Assembly (NCBI GenBank): GCA_024679065.1
Contig: JAGIQG010000003.1
Coordinates: 109,492,001-109,556,000 of the forward strand
Direction of reading: 5' to 3'
Length of the DNA: 64,000 nucleotides
Source: Sphyrna mokarran
Taxonomy: Eukaryota
Shown: positions 13,115 through 26,900 of the stretch, piece after piece
Numbering within the stretch: position 1 is the first letter of the stretch
How the letters are laid out: each line of letters begins with the position of its first letter
Translations under genes and position numbers: made by a program
Notes under the pieces: model-generated
Database searches by the model: none
What the model was told of the DNA's origin: nothing
What the model saw: only the letters and a program-made list of their open reading frames with translations

Positions 13115-13343
13115 CCAGTTAGCACTGCTACCTCACAGCACCAACAACCCAGGTTCAATTCCTAGCTTGGGTCACTGTCTGTACAGAAATCTGTACATTC
13201 TCCTCATGCCTGCATTGGGTTTTCTCCCACATGGTTAGGTGCATTGGCTATGCTAAATTCATCCTCTGTGTATTCAAACAGATGCTGGAGTGCATCAACT
13301 GGGAGATTTTCAAGTAACTTCATTGCAATGTTAATGCAAGCCT
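13115..13343 (+). mobile_element. V-SINE with internal deletion
   Basis: gttagcactgctacctcacagc...ccaggttcaattcc...gcctacttgcgacaatgataaac. Confidence 0.8.
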
Positions 13344-14453
13344 ACTTGCGACAATGATAAACTTAAAAAAAAACAATCAGAAACCCTAATTCATTTCCCA
13401 TCTCAGCCAGAAACAAAGCTAATGATCAAATCTCACCTTCGTTTACACAGCACAGACCAGAACTAGATTTCATATCTTCCAATCAATTTAACTCACTAAC
13501 ACCATGCAGTAAACTTAACTCAGTCTCCAGCACATAACAACTTAGACAATGAATGTAATGTGCTGGAGACATTGCAATGAAGTTACTTGAAGATCTCCCA
13601 GTTAAAACATAAAGACAGTTTTGCTGTAGAAATGTTGCTGTAGTGTTCAGAACACGTTGCTAGAACATTATGGCAAGACAAATTATTTACATTTGCGAAG
13701 CAATTCTGATGTGAAACTGCCTGGACAATTGCCAGTTCCCTTTCCATGCTGGTATTCATAGTCTGCCAAAAACACAAAATATATTTATTGTAATGCCATT
13801 ATTTATATTACATCACTTGTGGCATTTGGAGCATTTTTTTGCAAGTTGCATGCTTTGAAAAAGATAATTTCATTTGTATAACGTGGAATAGTGTGTGGTC
13901 TAAACTCAATGCAGCTGTTGCACTACATTTCCTGTACAAGACTTCTTCAGTATTTTCAGTGATTATAGCAATGTGAAAATTAATCCTAATGTGGTTCCTG
14001 TTTGATACTTTAATGGACAAGTATAACAGCTGTGGCAATGCAGACTATCGATACTTTCCAGTCATACTTATTGCAAAACAACTTTTACGGGCAAGCTTAG
14101 TATGAACCAAAGTTTGATCCTATATATCAGATGTCTAGGATAACACTGCCACACCACAAACTCTTCTGTTGAGAAATCCATGTGGTTCAACCAAGTAGAC
14201 GAAGATGAGAGTTGAGGTTTAAAAGCCGATAAACATTCAAAGCAAAAAAAATGGTAACTGTAGTTAGAATAATCAGATTAAAACACTTTTGCACTGTTTA
14301 GAAACCAGTTTCTCAAACCACTAAATATCTGAGCTACACACCATTGTGCTAATGTTTTATTACAGATGGACTTACGTGAACTGAATTGACGCTGATCGAG
14401 TCTCGATTCAGCAACTCCTTTCCTACACTACAGCACTGTCTCAATACTGAGAT

Positions 14454-15460
14454 GTGGAGATGCCAGCATTGGACGGGGGTAAGCATAATAAGTCTCACAA
14501 CAACAGATTCAAGTCCAACAGGTTTATTTGGTAGCTTTCAGGGCACTGCTCCTTCATCAAGTGATTAAGAGTCATGTTCACAAAACAGCATATAAAGACA
14601 AACTCAGTTTACAAAATAATGATTGGAATGCAAGTCTTTACAGGTAATCAAGTTTTAAAGGCACAGACAACGTGAATGGAGAGAGAGGGTTAAGCACAAA
14701 TTAAAGATGTGTATTGTCTCCAGCTGGGACAGTTAGTGAGACTTTGCAAGTCCAGATAAGTCATGGGGGTCATAAATAGTGTGATAGGAACCCAAAATTC
14801 CAGTTGAGGCCTTCATGTGTGCGGAACTTAGCTATCAGTGATTCTGCGTTGTCATGAAGGCTACCTTCGAGAACACTTACCTGAAGATTAGACGCTGAAT
14901 GCCCGTAACTGAAGTGTTCCCCAAAAGGAAGAGAACACTCCTGCGTGGTGATTGTCGAGCAGTGTTCATTCATCCATTGTTGTAATGTCTGCATGGTCTC
15001 CTCAATGTACCGTGCCTCAGGACATCCTTTCCTGCAATGTATCAGGTAGATAACACTTACCTGAAGATCAGAGCCAAGTGTTCTCCAAGGAGGCCTTCAC
15101 AACACAATGCAAAAATCACCGATCAGAAACTGATGGCCAAGTTTTGCACATGACAGCCTCAACCTGGATCTTAAACTCATGTCACACTATCTATAACCCC
15201 TATGACTTGCCTGGGCTTGCAAAGTCTCATTTCTCCTGGCTGGAGGCAATACACATCTCTTTAACCTGTGCTTAACACTCACTCCATTCACATTATCTGT
15301 ACCTTCAAGATTTGTATTCCAACCATTATCTTGCAAGTTGAGTTTGTGTCATTATATATGCTGTTTGTAAATAGAACTCTCACTTGATGAAGCAGAGCTC
15401 CAAAAGCTTGTGGCTTGTACTACCAAATAAGCCTGTTGGGTTTTAACCTGATGTTGAGAT
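14454..15460. mobile_element. Penelope-like element with inverted pLTR arrangement (minus copy ~14454-15075, plus copy ~15090-15460)
   Basis: ORF 14770-14994 QTLQQWMNEH...GEHFSYGHSASNLQVSVL...LIAKFRTHEGLN (GIY-YIG endonuclease C-terminus); the two halves are diverged reverse complements. Confidence 0.8.
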
Positions 15461-16144
15461 TTGTCAATATTGACAGCCATGCCCAAATCCTGGAATGGAG
15501 AGCTCAAGTGTGCAAACCTTGGACTCAAAATATTAGAACGCTACAGCACTAGTCACCACATTGTCATGAATGCTTCTACTTTCTAACAGGAAAGTAGCTG
15601 AGCATGTAGCCAATAATTAAGAAGACCATGTGGTTGGAGTTGTGGTTAGTGTCCTGTATTCAATTACTCAGAGACATTTCTCATGAACAAAATGCAAACA
15701 GGTCATTGCTTGACGGAGTTAATCACTGCTTTTAAGCTTGCAATCCAAAAACATGCTGATTTAGTGGCAGAATTGGCAACTTTGCACTGCATGTGGGGCT
15801 TCAAGGAGATACTAAACAAAGACCTTGTAGGTGCTGTTGAATAAGTGCAGATAGTAACAGGAGGAGTTAAGGGAAAAAAATCCTAGATCATGCACACTTC
15901 AGAATGGAAGCCTGGAACATGCACATGACTAATGTTCAAGTAACTGTGCAAATTAACCAGGGCAAAAAAGAACATGACAATGAAAATGAAGAGGAATGTT
16001 GTAGTGAAAGTATGTGTTTTCTGCAGCTGCAACAGATCTGAAGACAGCGTAGCCTCTCTAGTACCAGAGTTAAAAGATTGAGATTGGAAACAATGTTGAA
16101 GCAGGATTGTAAGGATCCAATTGCTGTGCTGTGGCCACTGATGT

Positions 16145-16262
16145 AGTAAGAAGTCTCAACACCAGGTTAAAGCCCAGTTTATTTGATCAAAATAAACTTG
16201 TTGGATTTTAACCTGGTGTTGTGAAACTTCTGTGTTTACCCCAGTCCAATGCCAGCATCTCC
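16145..16262. mobile_element. Short palindromic Penelope terminal fragment
   Basis: caacaccaggttaaa...tttaacctggtgttg inverted pair, same family as 3770 and 15430. Confidence 0.7.
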
Positions 16263-17356
16263 AAATAATGACCACTGACAGCCAGAACTAGGAATGATGA
16301 TCTCTTGGAAGAGTTAAAGTTCAAATTAAAAATGCAAAAACTCAAAACACAAGTGTCTGCTTTGTTAATTGACCACCATCAATTAGTATACCATTAAGCA
16401 AATGAAACAGATCAAGAGTAGTATTGAACTGCAGAAAGAGGGAGCCATTTCATTCCAACAGGTTCCACTTAAACCAGGTTGATATTGCTGTCATGGTGAA
16501 TCGCACAATTGGGGCATGGGGGGGTGGATTTGGGTGATGGGAGGTTTAGAAATCCAAGTTTGAGGCAGTAAAGCTGAATGGTGATCTAAGTAAAAGACAA
16601 GCAAGGTGGAACAGGAAGATATACTAGTAAAAATGCACTAAAAATCATGCAAAACTTTGAATAAAGCAAGCATTCAGAAATAGATGAACTAATGACAAAA
16701 GAAATGATTTGGATCTAATCCTCATCACAGATAGTTAAAAATGATCAATGGTTGGAAATATTCTAGGGTACATATTTTGAAACTACATGCAGAATGGAGG
16801 TGGTCAGCTTTGATAGTAAGAGTACATTCATGGGAGTAGTTTTCTGTCTCTAGCAATAGTTGTGCAAGAAATAATTGGAGCTTGTAGTAAAGGCAATCAA
16901 ATCATTTGGGGGTAAGGTTCAATTCTTCAGACTGGACAAATTTAAGTTGGCAAAAGGTAATCTAGAAAGTGAATTTGTAGAATATTTTCCTGGAAGACAC
17001 TATGGAATTAATTAACATCTAATATTGTGTAATGAAATATATGCAGAGGTAGGTTTAATTAGTATCATAGCAAAAAAAATCTAAGAGTCAAATTCAATTG
17101 TATTAAGTTTGAAAGTACTCCAATCCAAAACAAGAATCTTAAACTCAGGAAAAACCAGTTACACAGGTATAAGGGTAGAGCTGGCCAAGGTCAATGTGAT
17201 GAATAGACAAAGTTTGAGACAACATTCAACAAAAATACATTCCATATAAAAAATTAAACAATCCATATGTGACTGACCCACAGAATTGAAGGGTTTATTA
17301 ATGGGAAGAGCTGTAATAATGCTGCAAAAAGTAGCAAGCCTGAGGATTGAGAACAT

Positions 17357-17610
17357 TTTATGGAATCTGTACAGTGCAGAACATTCAGCCCATCAAGTCT
17401 GCACTGATTCTGATGTACTCATCATACCCATGTCATTCCCCTCTATTCCTGTATCATATTTACCATGGCTAATCCACCTAACCTAGACATCTTTGAACTG
17501 TGGGAGGAAATCTTCACCGACAAGGAGATAACATGCAAACTCCACCCAAGATCAGCATCAACCCCAGGTTCCTGGAGCTGAGGCAGCAGTGCTAACTATT
17601 GTGCTACCCA
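17357..17610 (-). mobile_element. V-SINE, decayed
   Basis: gctaatccacctaacct...gcagcagtgctaactattgtgc. Confidence 0.75.
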
Positions 17611-19469
17611 AAAGGCCACCAAAAGTCCAAGGGAAAATGGAATGGGAATATACCAGTCAGGGATATAAAAAGATTGCAAGAGCTTTAACAAAATAAGCTG
17701 AGTAGCTAAAATAATAGTTGTCTCAGAATTCAAGGGAACAATTACAAATCAGTTAGCCAGATGTCAGCCATCAGGAAATCAAGGAAGTTTTAGCAATAAA
17801 CTTCCAACACCACCAGATTGGACAAAGACAAAATTTTCTGCAAAGTAAATTTGGTTTGACAAATTTAGGATCCGAGGATGTAACTGGTTGGGTAGATAAA
17901 AGGGGAACTAGTAGTTTCAGTATATTTGGTTTTCCAAGTCATTAAAAGGTGCCACACAAAACCAATACACAAGGTGTTGGGTGATACATCAGCATAGAAA
18001 GTTGGTTAATGGACAAGAAACAAAAGTATCAAGATAAAAAGGGGTGTTTTCATACTCAGACTGTAGCTTGTAGAATGACAAGGATTAGTGGTAGCAGCTC
18101 AATATTCAATTTATATCAATGACTGAAAATGTATGCATGATTGCTGACATCAAAACTAGTGAGAATTGAGTTATAAAGATAAAGGCTGCAAAGAAATATA
18201 GCCAAGATAAGCAAGTGGGCAACAAGATTTCAGATGGAATGAGAAGCAAGTTTATTCAATTTGATCATATTAGACAATCAATAATGTTCAAAAAGTCTTG
18301 TAGTTATAGCAGAAAGAGTTTAGCATGCAGGTATAGCAAATGATTAGAAAGGCAAATGACATATGGTCTTTACTACAAAAGGGTTGGTTTACAGGAATAG
18401 GAATGTGATCTTATTGAAACAAATAGGATTGTGAAAAACTTGACAGGTTAGGTACTAGATTGATTCCCCTAACTGGGGAATCCAGAATATGGGGAAGGGT
18501 AACAATTTCCAGATAAGAGGCCAATCACGAGGGCAAAAAGAAACAAACTTGTGTTATAAAATCTTTGGAATTCTGTACCAGGGTTGTGGCTGCTCCATTA
18601 TGTATATTCAAGAACAGATGTGTACAGTTTTTTGATCACTAAATTGGAGTGGTGTTAGATGATCAGTCATGATTGTATTGAATGGCATGCATGTTAAGGG
18701 TCATATGTTTTACTTTAATTTATTAATGTCACAAATAGGCTTACATTAACACTGCAATGAAATTACTTTGCTAATCCTCTAGTTGCCACACTCCAGTGCC
18801 TGTCCAGGCACAGAGGGAGGATCTAGCATGGCCAAACTGTGTGTTCCTATTGCATACATTCTTTTATTATGAGGCTGGCTGGCAAAACTCAGGTGAAGAC
18901 AGATGAAAGGATTTGGTAGCTCAAACACTTGGTCAAGAAAATGCAAATAATACTGATGAATGAGTTTCAATTTTTTAAAGCAATTTGCTCTTTGGTTCTT
19001 TATTCAGCATGGCTAGAAAAACTGGAACAACTTGTTGGGGGGTGGGGTGGAAAACAGGGATATTTGAGTTCATTTGGTTGATTGCTATAGTCTCCACTAC
19101 CTGTTTCCATCACTATAGTCAACTTTAAGCATAAACCATATTGACTGTGCCAATGTGCAAAACTTGGGATAGACAGGCAAAATAGAAAAGTTGATTTTTA
19201 GTGTCTTTATTAGTAAACAGCAGTAAATATCTCACCAAATAGGTGAAAATGAAGTTGCAGCTTTAGCAAGTTTCCCCACTTAACCTGATTTTTTCCAGAA
19301 CTATAGATTTTACAAGTATTAAGCAGTTGCTTGGAAATCCACAATCACTTGTTTTAGCTTTGGTGACAGACTACGATGGTTTGCTTGCACACTTGTTTTA
19401 AAGCAGCATATTTCCAACAAATGGTGAATTACATTTCCAATGAGTGTTTAATACAATGCATTTCAAACA

Positions 19470-20782
19470 TCTGAAAATGGTACATTTAACTTTATTGAGT
19501 CAATTTCTAGTTACATTAAGCTGTTCACAGTAAGGCACAAAGCATTGTAAAAATGACAATCCATTCTTCCCCTTGTTTTAAGCTCAACTACAATGTCCAA
19601 TAACAAAAATCAGCTCCGAGAGAAAAATATTTTTTTAAGATGAAGGCCAGAGTATAAATAGATTTTAAAGTTTTTTTTTTAAAAAGTTGTGCAATTTAGT
19701 AGCTTTTAATTTCAGTTTAAAACAAAAATATTCAGCCATACAAACTGATCTATTAGTGTTTTACCAAATGTTATGCACTAGTCAGGTGAGCAACCTTTAA
19801 CATTACTGCATGGGGCCAGTTCATTTTGATTGAAGCACCAAGGCCAAATATCCAAGTACATCTAAAAATTGCAGCACTACTGATCAGAGGAAAAAATATC
19901 CTAAAGCAGCCGAATATGTTCGGAGAAGGAAGTTGGCCTGATCTGCATTATCCCAGGTTTACCCAATTTGAACATATGAAGCAGCCCTGGCTTCAAGGGA
20001 GGTAGGATCAGAAGACATTTCCCAATTGGATGTTAACAAAATCTTATTTTGGCTACCATCTTATTCCAATCAGTCCTCTATTTAAATGACACTGCTTTTA
20101 CAGAACATGCAGTAGACAATGAAACTTGTGAAAAAGACAACCACAGCAGCATGGTTTTTCCCTCAGCAGCATATAATTTAAGATCAGTGTTTATGCAATG
20201 GACAATTTCTGCAGAGATTGAGGCCAGAGTTCTTGAATCTCCACCAATTAGCCAATATTACTGCAAAAATCTTTTGATCTGCTCCCACATCCCTGGTGGA
20301 AAAACTGCAAAAGATAGTGCAAGTGTCTCCTAATCAAATGGCACCAAGAAGCATAGCTGACCCCATTATACTAAAGCATGAAATCCAAGTAGTAAACCAT
20401 TTCTAATGGGATTTCCTCATTCCACATTTGAGTTAGAGTCCATCTGACACCTGGATAACTAACTGTGGTTCTGATCAAACTACAGGGCTAGCAAAAAGAA
20501 ATCCCAATACTTTAATTCAGTTTTACAATTGACCCAGTTTAGTTCATATTTAAATATAATCCATACAATCTTCAGTTTCTACATACAGCTATGGCATTTC
20601 TACCCATTATCAAATCCATCCTGAAGTTGCTGATTCAACAGCATTTTTGAAAAATGACATCCATTTTGTAATTTTTAAGCTGTCATGCAATTGCAATGTT
20701 GTTTGAAACCTTGAGATACTGAACTGGAACATTGAATTCAAAGTAACCAGGTCAAGATGGAGATGGAGAGAGATGGCCTGTT
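19470..20782 (-). other. FLNB: FLNB 3' UTR (approx. 1.3 kb)
   Basis: Repeat-free stretch between the stop codon and an AATAAA; the 3' end is estimated. Confidence 0.65.
19491..19496 (-). terminator. Polyadenylation signal AATAAA of FLNB (second candidate at 19206-19211)
   Basis: tttatt on plus strand, with an upstream TGTA element and TG-rich sequence downstream on the minus strand. Confidence 0.65.
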
Positions 20783-20970
20783 TTAAGGAACTGTAATACG
20801 GAATGGACTTCCAGGAATGTGTTCATCACCCCACTTTACAACCAGCGTATAGTTTCCCCTCTCCTTCACAACGTACGAAACATTATATTGCTCATTTCCA
20901 ACATGTTTCACAGATACCTCTTCACATGGAACTGTGGGTCCGTGAACACCAACCAGTAGTACATTAGAAC
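20783..20970 (-). CDS. FLNB: FLNB last coding exon (Ig24 dimerisation domain)
   Basis: [62 protein letters not shown]; TAA at 20785-20783. Confidence 0.96.
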
Positions 20971-23900
20971 CTGCAAGAGGAAGTAGTCATTTATTTATTG
21001 TACAAATGGTTAGCTTCACAAGTGGAACAGAGTTCAGATAAAAATCTATTTTAAGCACGATATTTAAAAATAGGTACAAATTAAACTACACAAAGGTTCA
21101 AACAGCATCCTACTCAGTACATAACAAGGAAGAAACTTCAGAACAGTTACAAATTGAATAAACCACACTCCCAATTTGAGTACTTTCAGCCCTTTGAAAA
21201 TGTAACGAAACTTTGGACCCCAGTTAAAGGATTCCGAATGGTCCACAAATCACTAAAGTTTGCACTGCATATTGCTTTTGCCCCATCATGCAGAAACAAG
21301 TACGGTGAAAACAATGTTGTACAGTGGATGCAGCAAAGACCAACATTTATAGGGCATCAGCCTATAAAACTGAAAGCACTTTTACTTCCCCCAGAAATCA
21401 CTATCTTCCTTATATTTTGACTGTTCTGTCTACTGCCCCTTCAGTCTAAATAAATCACTAAATTAGCAGATGACAAGAGGAGATCCTGAATAAATGCAAT
21501 GGATGGTCAGAAAACTGCTTTCAACTAATTAGTGCATTAAATAGTCCTCAATGCAATAAAAGACAAAGCATTTAATTTTACGTTAAGATCACAGGTGTGC
21601 TGCACCATTCTTTTACTTGATTTCTCATGTCACTGGTTTGGATGAGTCCCCAAGGTATGAAACCAGACATGAAAATAGTCACTATGATTTGAAATTGGAG
21701 CTAAGGGCATTATATAAAATCAGCAAGTACAAGGGAATACCCATAGAAAATCTGACATTGCAGAATTGATTGGCCATGAAAATTAGATGTGCTGACACTA
21801 TCACATTTTATAAATTATCTACCGAATTTACAACTCACTACCCCATGCCCTGGTATCAAATCAATTACAACTGCTATTTGTAGACAATTATTCAAATTCT
21901 CTTCCAGCTGACCTCCCCATTATGTACCCTATAAACTCCTTATTCAAAACTGTTAGCCACATGCTAATTCACCTGACTTGAAATTGAACACTTCAATTTT
22001 AGAATTCCCATCAGTTGTCTTGTTCTCTCCCTATCTCCAAATCTGCTCCAGCCTGACTGTTCTGGTTGTTCACAAATCCATGTTAATATTCAGTTTACTC
22101 AGTTCCAAGCTTCACAATACCAGCCTGAAATTTCAGCAAAGTTCTTCTTCAAAACCACTTTTTCTTTGCTTATTTTTAAACTTGTCAATAGCTCATGGGG
22201 TTCCATGAAATTTTGTTTGACAATGCTATTATAATGAAGCTTACGAAAGTACTTCATGTGTTAAATGTATTCCTAATCCATGTGGTCTTTCTTAAAACAT
22301 TCTGCTTACAAAAAGTTGCCAGCATTGGCAATTTTTTTGGGAATTCATCCATCAGATATGACTTCCTAAATAGTCCAGCATTTGTCATCTTTAAGGTGGT
22401 GGTGAGCTGCCTCCATGAATTGCTGCAGTCCATATTGTGTAGGTACACTGTGCTTTTAGGGAAGGATTTTGATCCAGTGACAGTGAACAAATGGTGATAT
22501 GGTAAAGTCAAGCCAGTGAATGACGGTTTGGAAGCTGCTATTGAAAGATTTGAACCATTGTAGATGGTACACAAATACTCAACAGTACTGCCCAATGACA
22601 CCTGCCATCACTTTGATGATGGCAGTCATTGAAAACCACACAAAAAAACCACTTGTCTATGAAACTAAAATGAGCACCATTAAAAATACTTTTAGGCAAC
22701 TGCAACATTGTACTAAGTCTGCCTGAAAAATTAGTCCAAGAGCTGGAATTCAACAAAACATGGTTGAAGACTGGATAAGAAGCTATGATGTAGAGCTAAG
22801 GATTTGCAACTTTAGCTTTTTTCCCCCACAGCTGTACCACTTGCACAAAAATGGCTTCGCTTAAGCAATGTGTAAACTGAGGTTCTGCACATAAATAAAA
22901 CAAAAATATGCATAAAATTGGCATCAATGGTCAAAGCATTGAGTCAATAATTTCTAAAAAGATTAAAGCCAAATTGTTATACCAATTTTACATCAAGATG
23001 GCACTCAAAGGCTAATAAAGTTTATCATAATGAATAGGTATAAGAGAACCACATATTAGACATATTTGAAACTGCCTTAACTTGTAACCCTCAATAGAAC
23101 TTTAAAAAAGTTCAAGCATCCACAACAGTCCCAGGTCAAATAAAAACACTCAAAGGATGAAGCGAATTGCTCGACAAGTTATTCAATACTTGTTAGCTGA
23201 AAAGCAGACCTCCAAATGCTCCAAGACATTCAAAGCATCTACATCTGAAAGTAATGCAAGTAGGCTCTACACATACCAAGTAGACAATAGGATCAATTAC
23301 AAAATACAATTTACAGCAGTTTTAGGCTTCAATAGTTTGAGATGTCAGGCTCTACACTGAACTCCACTGTACAAACACATTCAGATTTGAGTTTTAATAC
23401 TTTTACCTGCTCTGCTACAATCCACTGAGAAGCAGTTCTTCTGGTCCAGATTTGCAGCAGAAAGCCCTGCACCACTGGATACCACTTTGCTGCTATCAGA
23501 TGAAAATTTGGGGACCGCACTGTAGGAGCTGACAGTAGTGGATTTGGTCACAGATTCTACCATAATAGTTGAGCTTTCATGTGTATTGCCACCACTGATC
23601 AGTCGAGCACCTGGGGTTGTTTGGGGAAGCAGGGGAGAATTGCAAAGAGAAAAATTAATCATTTATCTCTTGATCTTAAAGCAGCAGAGTCAGTCAATAA
23701 AACAGATGTCACATCTTCAGTCTGTTAAGTCTTGAAAGTTTCTACTGGCTTTGTGGACCAATAGATAAGTTAATGTACATGAAAACATGGGACAATTTTA
23801 AAATTAGCTCATCATTCCAGCAAGTTAATTTACAATTTCTTGTAGAATGAAGACTGAAAAATGATTAATTTCAAGTCAATTCCACCTTCCACTCTGAATA

Positions 23901-26900
23901 CTATAGATGCAAAAACAACTTTTTTCTCAAATCAATTTTAATAATGCTTAGTGACCAATTTGTTTAAGTATAGTCAGCATATTTATCAACAGTTTCTGCT
24001 GCAGTGTCACTGAATAGGTACCAGATTATAACACTGAACTGCATTTATTGGACAGCCTGACAGATCATTTCAAGCAATGGAATATCAGCTGACTAACCAT
24101 TTCAAGTAGCATTGGAATTTTTAATCTAAATTTTAACAATGTGACCAGTATTCATTTTTGTCAATTCCTAGAAGGAACACAATAAATTTCTCCTAAAATA
24201 AATAGGTAAATATTCTTAGGTTTCCATATTCTTGATTCCATGGCATCTGCCAAATAATTTGATGTGATTAGCAGCATTCTCAAACTAAAATGTTTAGATT
24301 TATTCTCTTCCAGACCACTAAAGCTCTCCTTGTGCTCTTAAATATATGGGTTATAACTGACAAGCAAGTTATCACCAATATAACCTGATTAACCCAATCT
24401 GCATCAGGCTATTCCAAATCAATTTCAACCTGCCCACTTTTAATTTTAGTTTGGTCTACGCTGAAAATGGCAGCATATAGTGGTTAGCACTACTGCCTCA
24501 GCACCAGAGATCCTGGTTCAATTCTGGCCTCAGGTCACTGTCTGTGTGGAGTTTGCATCTTCTCCCCTTGTCTGTGAAGATTTCATCTGATGGCACGGGG
24601 TTTCCTCAAAGTCCAAAAGATATGCTGATTTAGGTGAATTGGCCATGCTAAAAATTGACCCTAGGTGTCAGGGGATTAGCAAGGTAGATATATGGAGTTA
24701 CAGGAATAGAGCAGACTCAATGGACCAAATGGCCTTTTCTGCATTGTAGGAATTTTATCATTTTCTATAATTGTAGATGTTCCTTAATTCAAAATAAGAA
24801 AATGCCACATTTGTCACCTGGTTTCAAAATTTCTGCAGCAATAGCCTATAAATATTTGTGGGCATGTGGTTACTCAAGACATTTGATCAACAATGAGAGA
24901 AGCAGTTAATTACTTGTCTTTGACTAATGTACAGTTATCTGTAATGCTTCATTAATGTTTTTAGCAACATTTTTGCAATACTGTTGCCAATGCTTCTGAA
25001 GAACGTCATTCTGCAACACTATTCAATTTAGTGCTGATGAAAGGTATCAATAGAACACTGCTTACAGCCATCACTGCTACAATAGTATAAAAAATGCAAA
25101 GCAAAGCTCCTTCTACATAAATTAACTGCATAATTAGAGGATCCTACACGCCAGAATGCTCTGTTGGGAAAGATACAAAAGTCTGAAGATGTGTAACAGA
25201 CTCAAGAACAGCTTCTCCCCTGAATGTACATGCCAGACTTTTGCATGTACCTATCTTGCATTAAGTTGATCTTATTCTACACATTAGCTGCGATTGTAAC
25301 ACTGCATTCTACACCCTCTCCTTTTCTCTATGAATGGTATGCTTTGTTTGTATAGCAAGAAATACTTTTCACTGTATACTAATACATGTGACAATAAATC
25401 AAATGCTAGGCTTTGAGAAATTTACATTACAGGTGATTCAAAATTAGCAGGTTGTACAATATCACGGATTATTACAGCTAAACAAAAATATTTGAATAAC
25501 TTTAGCAGAGTACAACATTCACCTTAAATTCTAAAAATGCCATTTTAAAGTTTTAATTTGTCTCCTAAACCACAGAATGACAAGCATCATAGTAATCTAT
25601 AATGTTCATAATGCAGCAAGCTATATCAGCAGGATATTCTATTTATCTAATTAGACCCATTTTAACAGGTGAAAAGATTTTAGTTTTTAGCCTGCAAACA
25701 AAAACTGTCTGATGTAGATTTGTGTCCAGCTGGTATACATTATATAGAAATAAAAATTACCTGTTACATTTGCCTTGAAAGGACTTCCCTGAATGTGATA
25801 TGGTCCTCCATATTTAATTCCAATTTGGTACTCTCCTGGTGCCATAGGAGTGTACAAGACCTTGTATCCTTCAGGGCAGTCACGACAGTCCATTTTTACT
25901 TTAGATGGCCCATCAATTGCAACACTCAGAGAGCCTGGGCTGGCATTAGCCGTTTTAACAATAAATTCAGATTGGACACCTGCAAATGAAACAAATTATA
26001 AATTCACTATGTATTACATCACATTTCAGTTGTGGCTCAGTTGGTAGCACTCTTGTTGCTGTGTCAGAAGGCTCTGGGTTTTAAGTCCCACTCCTGGAAG
26101 TGTTGCACTCGCAGAGATTGTCTTTCATGTAAGATGTTAAACTCAAGTTAAAAGTTCACTAGTTACAAGTAAGGCTTACATTTACACTGCAATGATGTTA
26201 CTGTGAAATTCCCTTAGTCACCACATTTAATACCTTTTCAAGTCAATGCACCTAACCAGTACATCTTTCAGACTGTGGGAGGAAACTAGAGTATCTGGAG
26301 AAAATCCATGCAGACATGGGGAGAATGTGCAAACTCCAGTGTGACCCAAGCTGGGAATCAAACTTGGGTCCCTGCACTGAAGTAGTAGTGCTAAACTGAG
26401 GCACCATCTGCCTGCTCTAGTGAATGTAAAGATAGCACTAACTCAAGGAGCAGGGGAGTTATCCTTAGTGTCCTGATCAATATTTAGTTCTCAATCAACA
26501 TCACTACAGACTTGGTCTTTATTACATTGTAGAACACAATATTGGTTGCCAGGTTCCCTGCTTTACAAATGGTGACAATGCTTACATCATTAGCTGTACA
26601 GCACTTCTACATGTCCCGTGATGTGCAAAAAGCACTACACTTTTAAAAATGTGGAAGCCAATAATCAACTCTCCACAAGTACCACTGTCACCAAATGTGA
26701 CACCCAAATGCAGTACAAGATAGTAAAGATGTCCAAATCACAAATATCTTCTTACCCCATTACAGCTACATTTAGAGAACCCTTGTGGGGAAAAAAATCA
26801 CTGGCATGAATCTTTTGCTCAGGATAACGTGTTACAGCTTCAAACCCTCGAGTCACCTTTAGCCCTTGTCAGCCTTAAGTGCATACTGGCTTGACAATCT

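Larger units (their letters stand above)
16000..18710 (+). mobile_element. Highly decayed CR1-like LINE with nested younger elements
   Basis: RT remnant gtatatttggttttccaa..aaaaggtgccacac (VYLDFQKAFDKVPH-like) near 17920-17960 and a CR1-type 3' end near 18450-18710. Confidence 0.55.

Noticed and set aside
14370-14415. GTAAGT donor on the minus strand plus small palindrome gctgatcgagtctcgattcagc
   Set aside because: No acceptor or coding signal nearby, and it adjoins repeats.
1-19400. Numerous 60-125 aa ORFs, and a possible DNASE1L3 neighbour
   Set aside because: The ORFs are random or repeat-derived, and no DNase I-like peptide was recognised.
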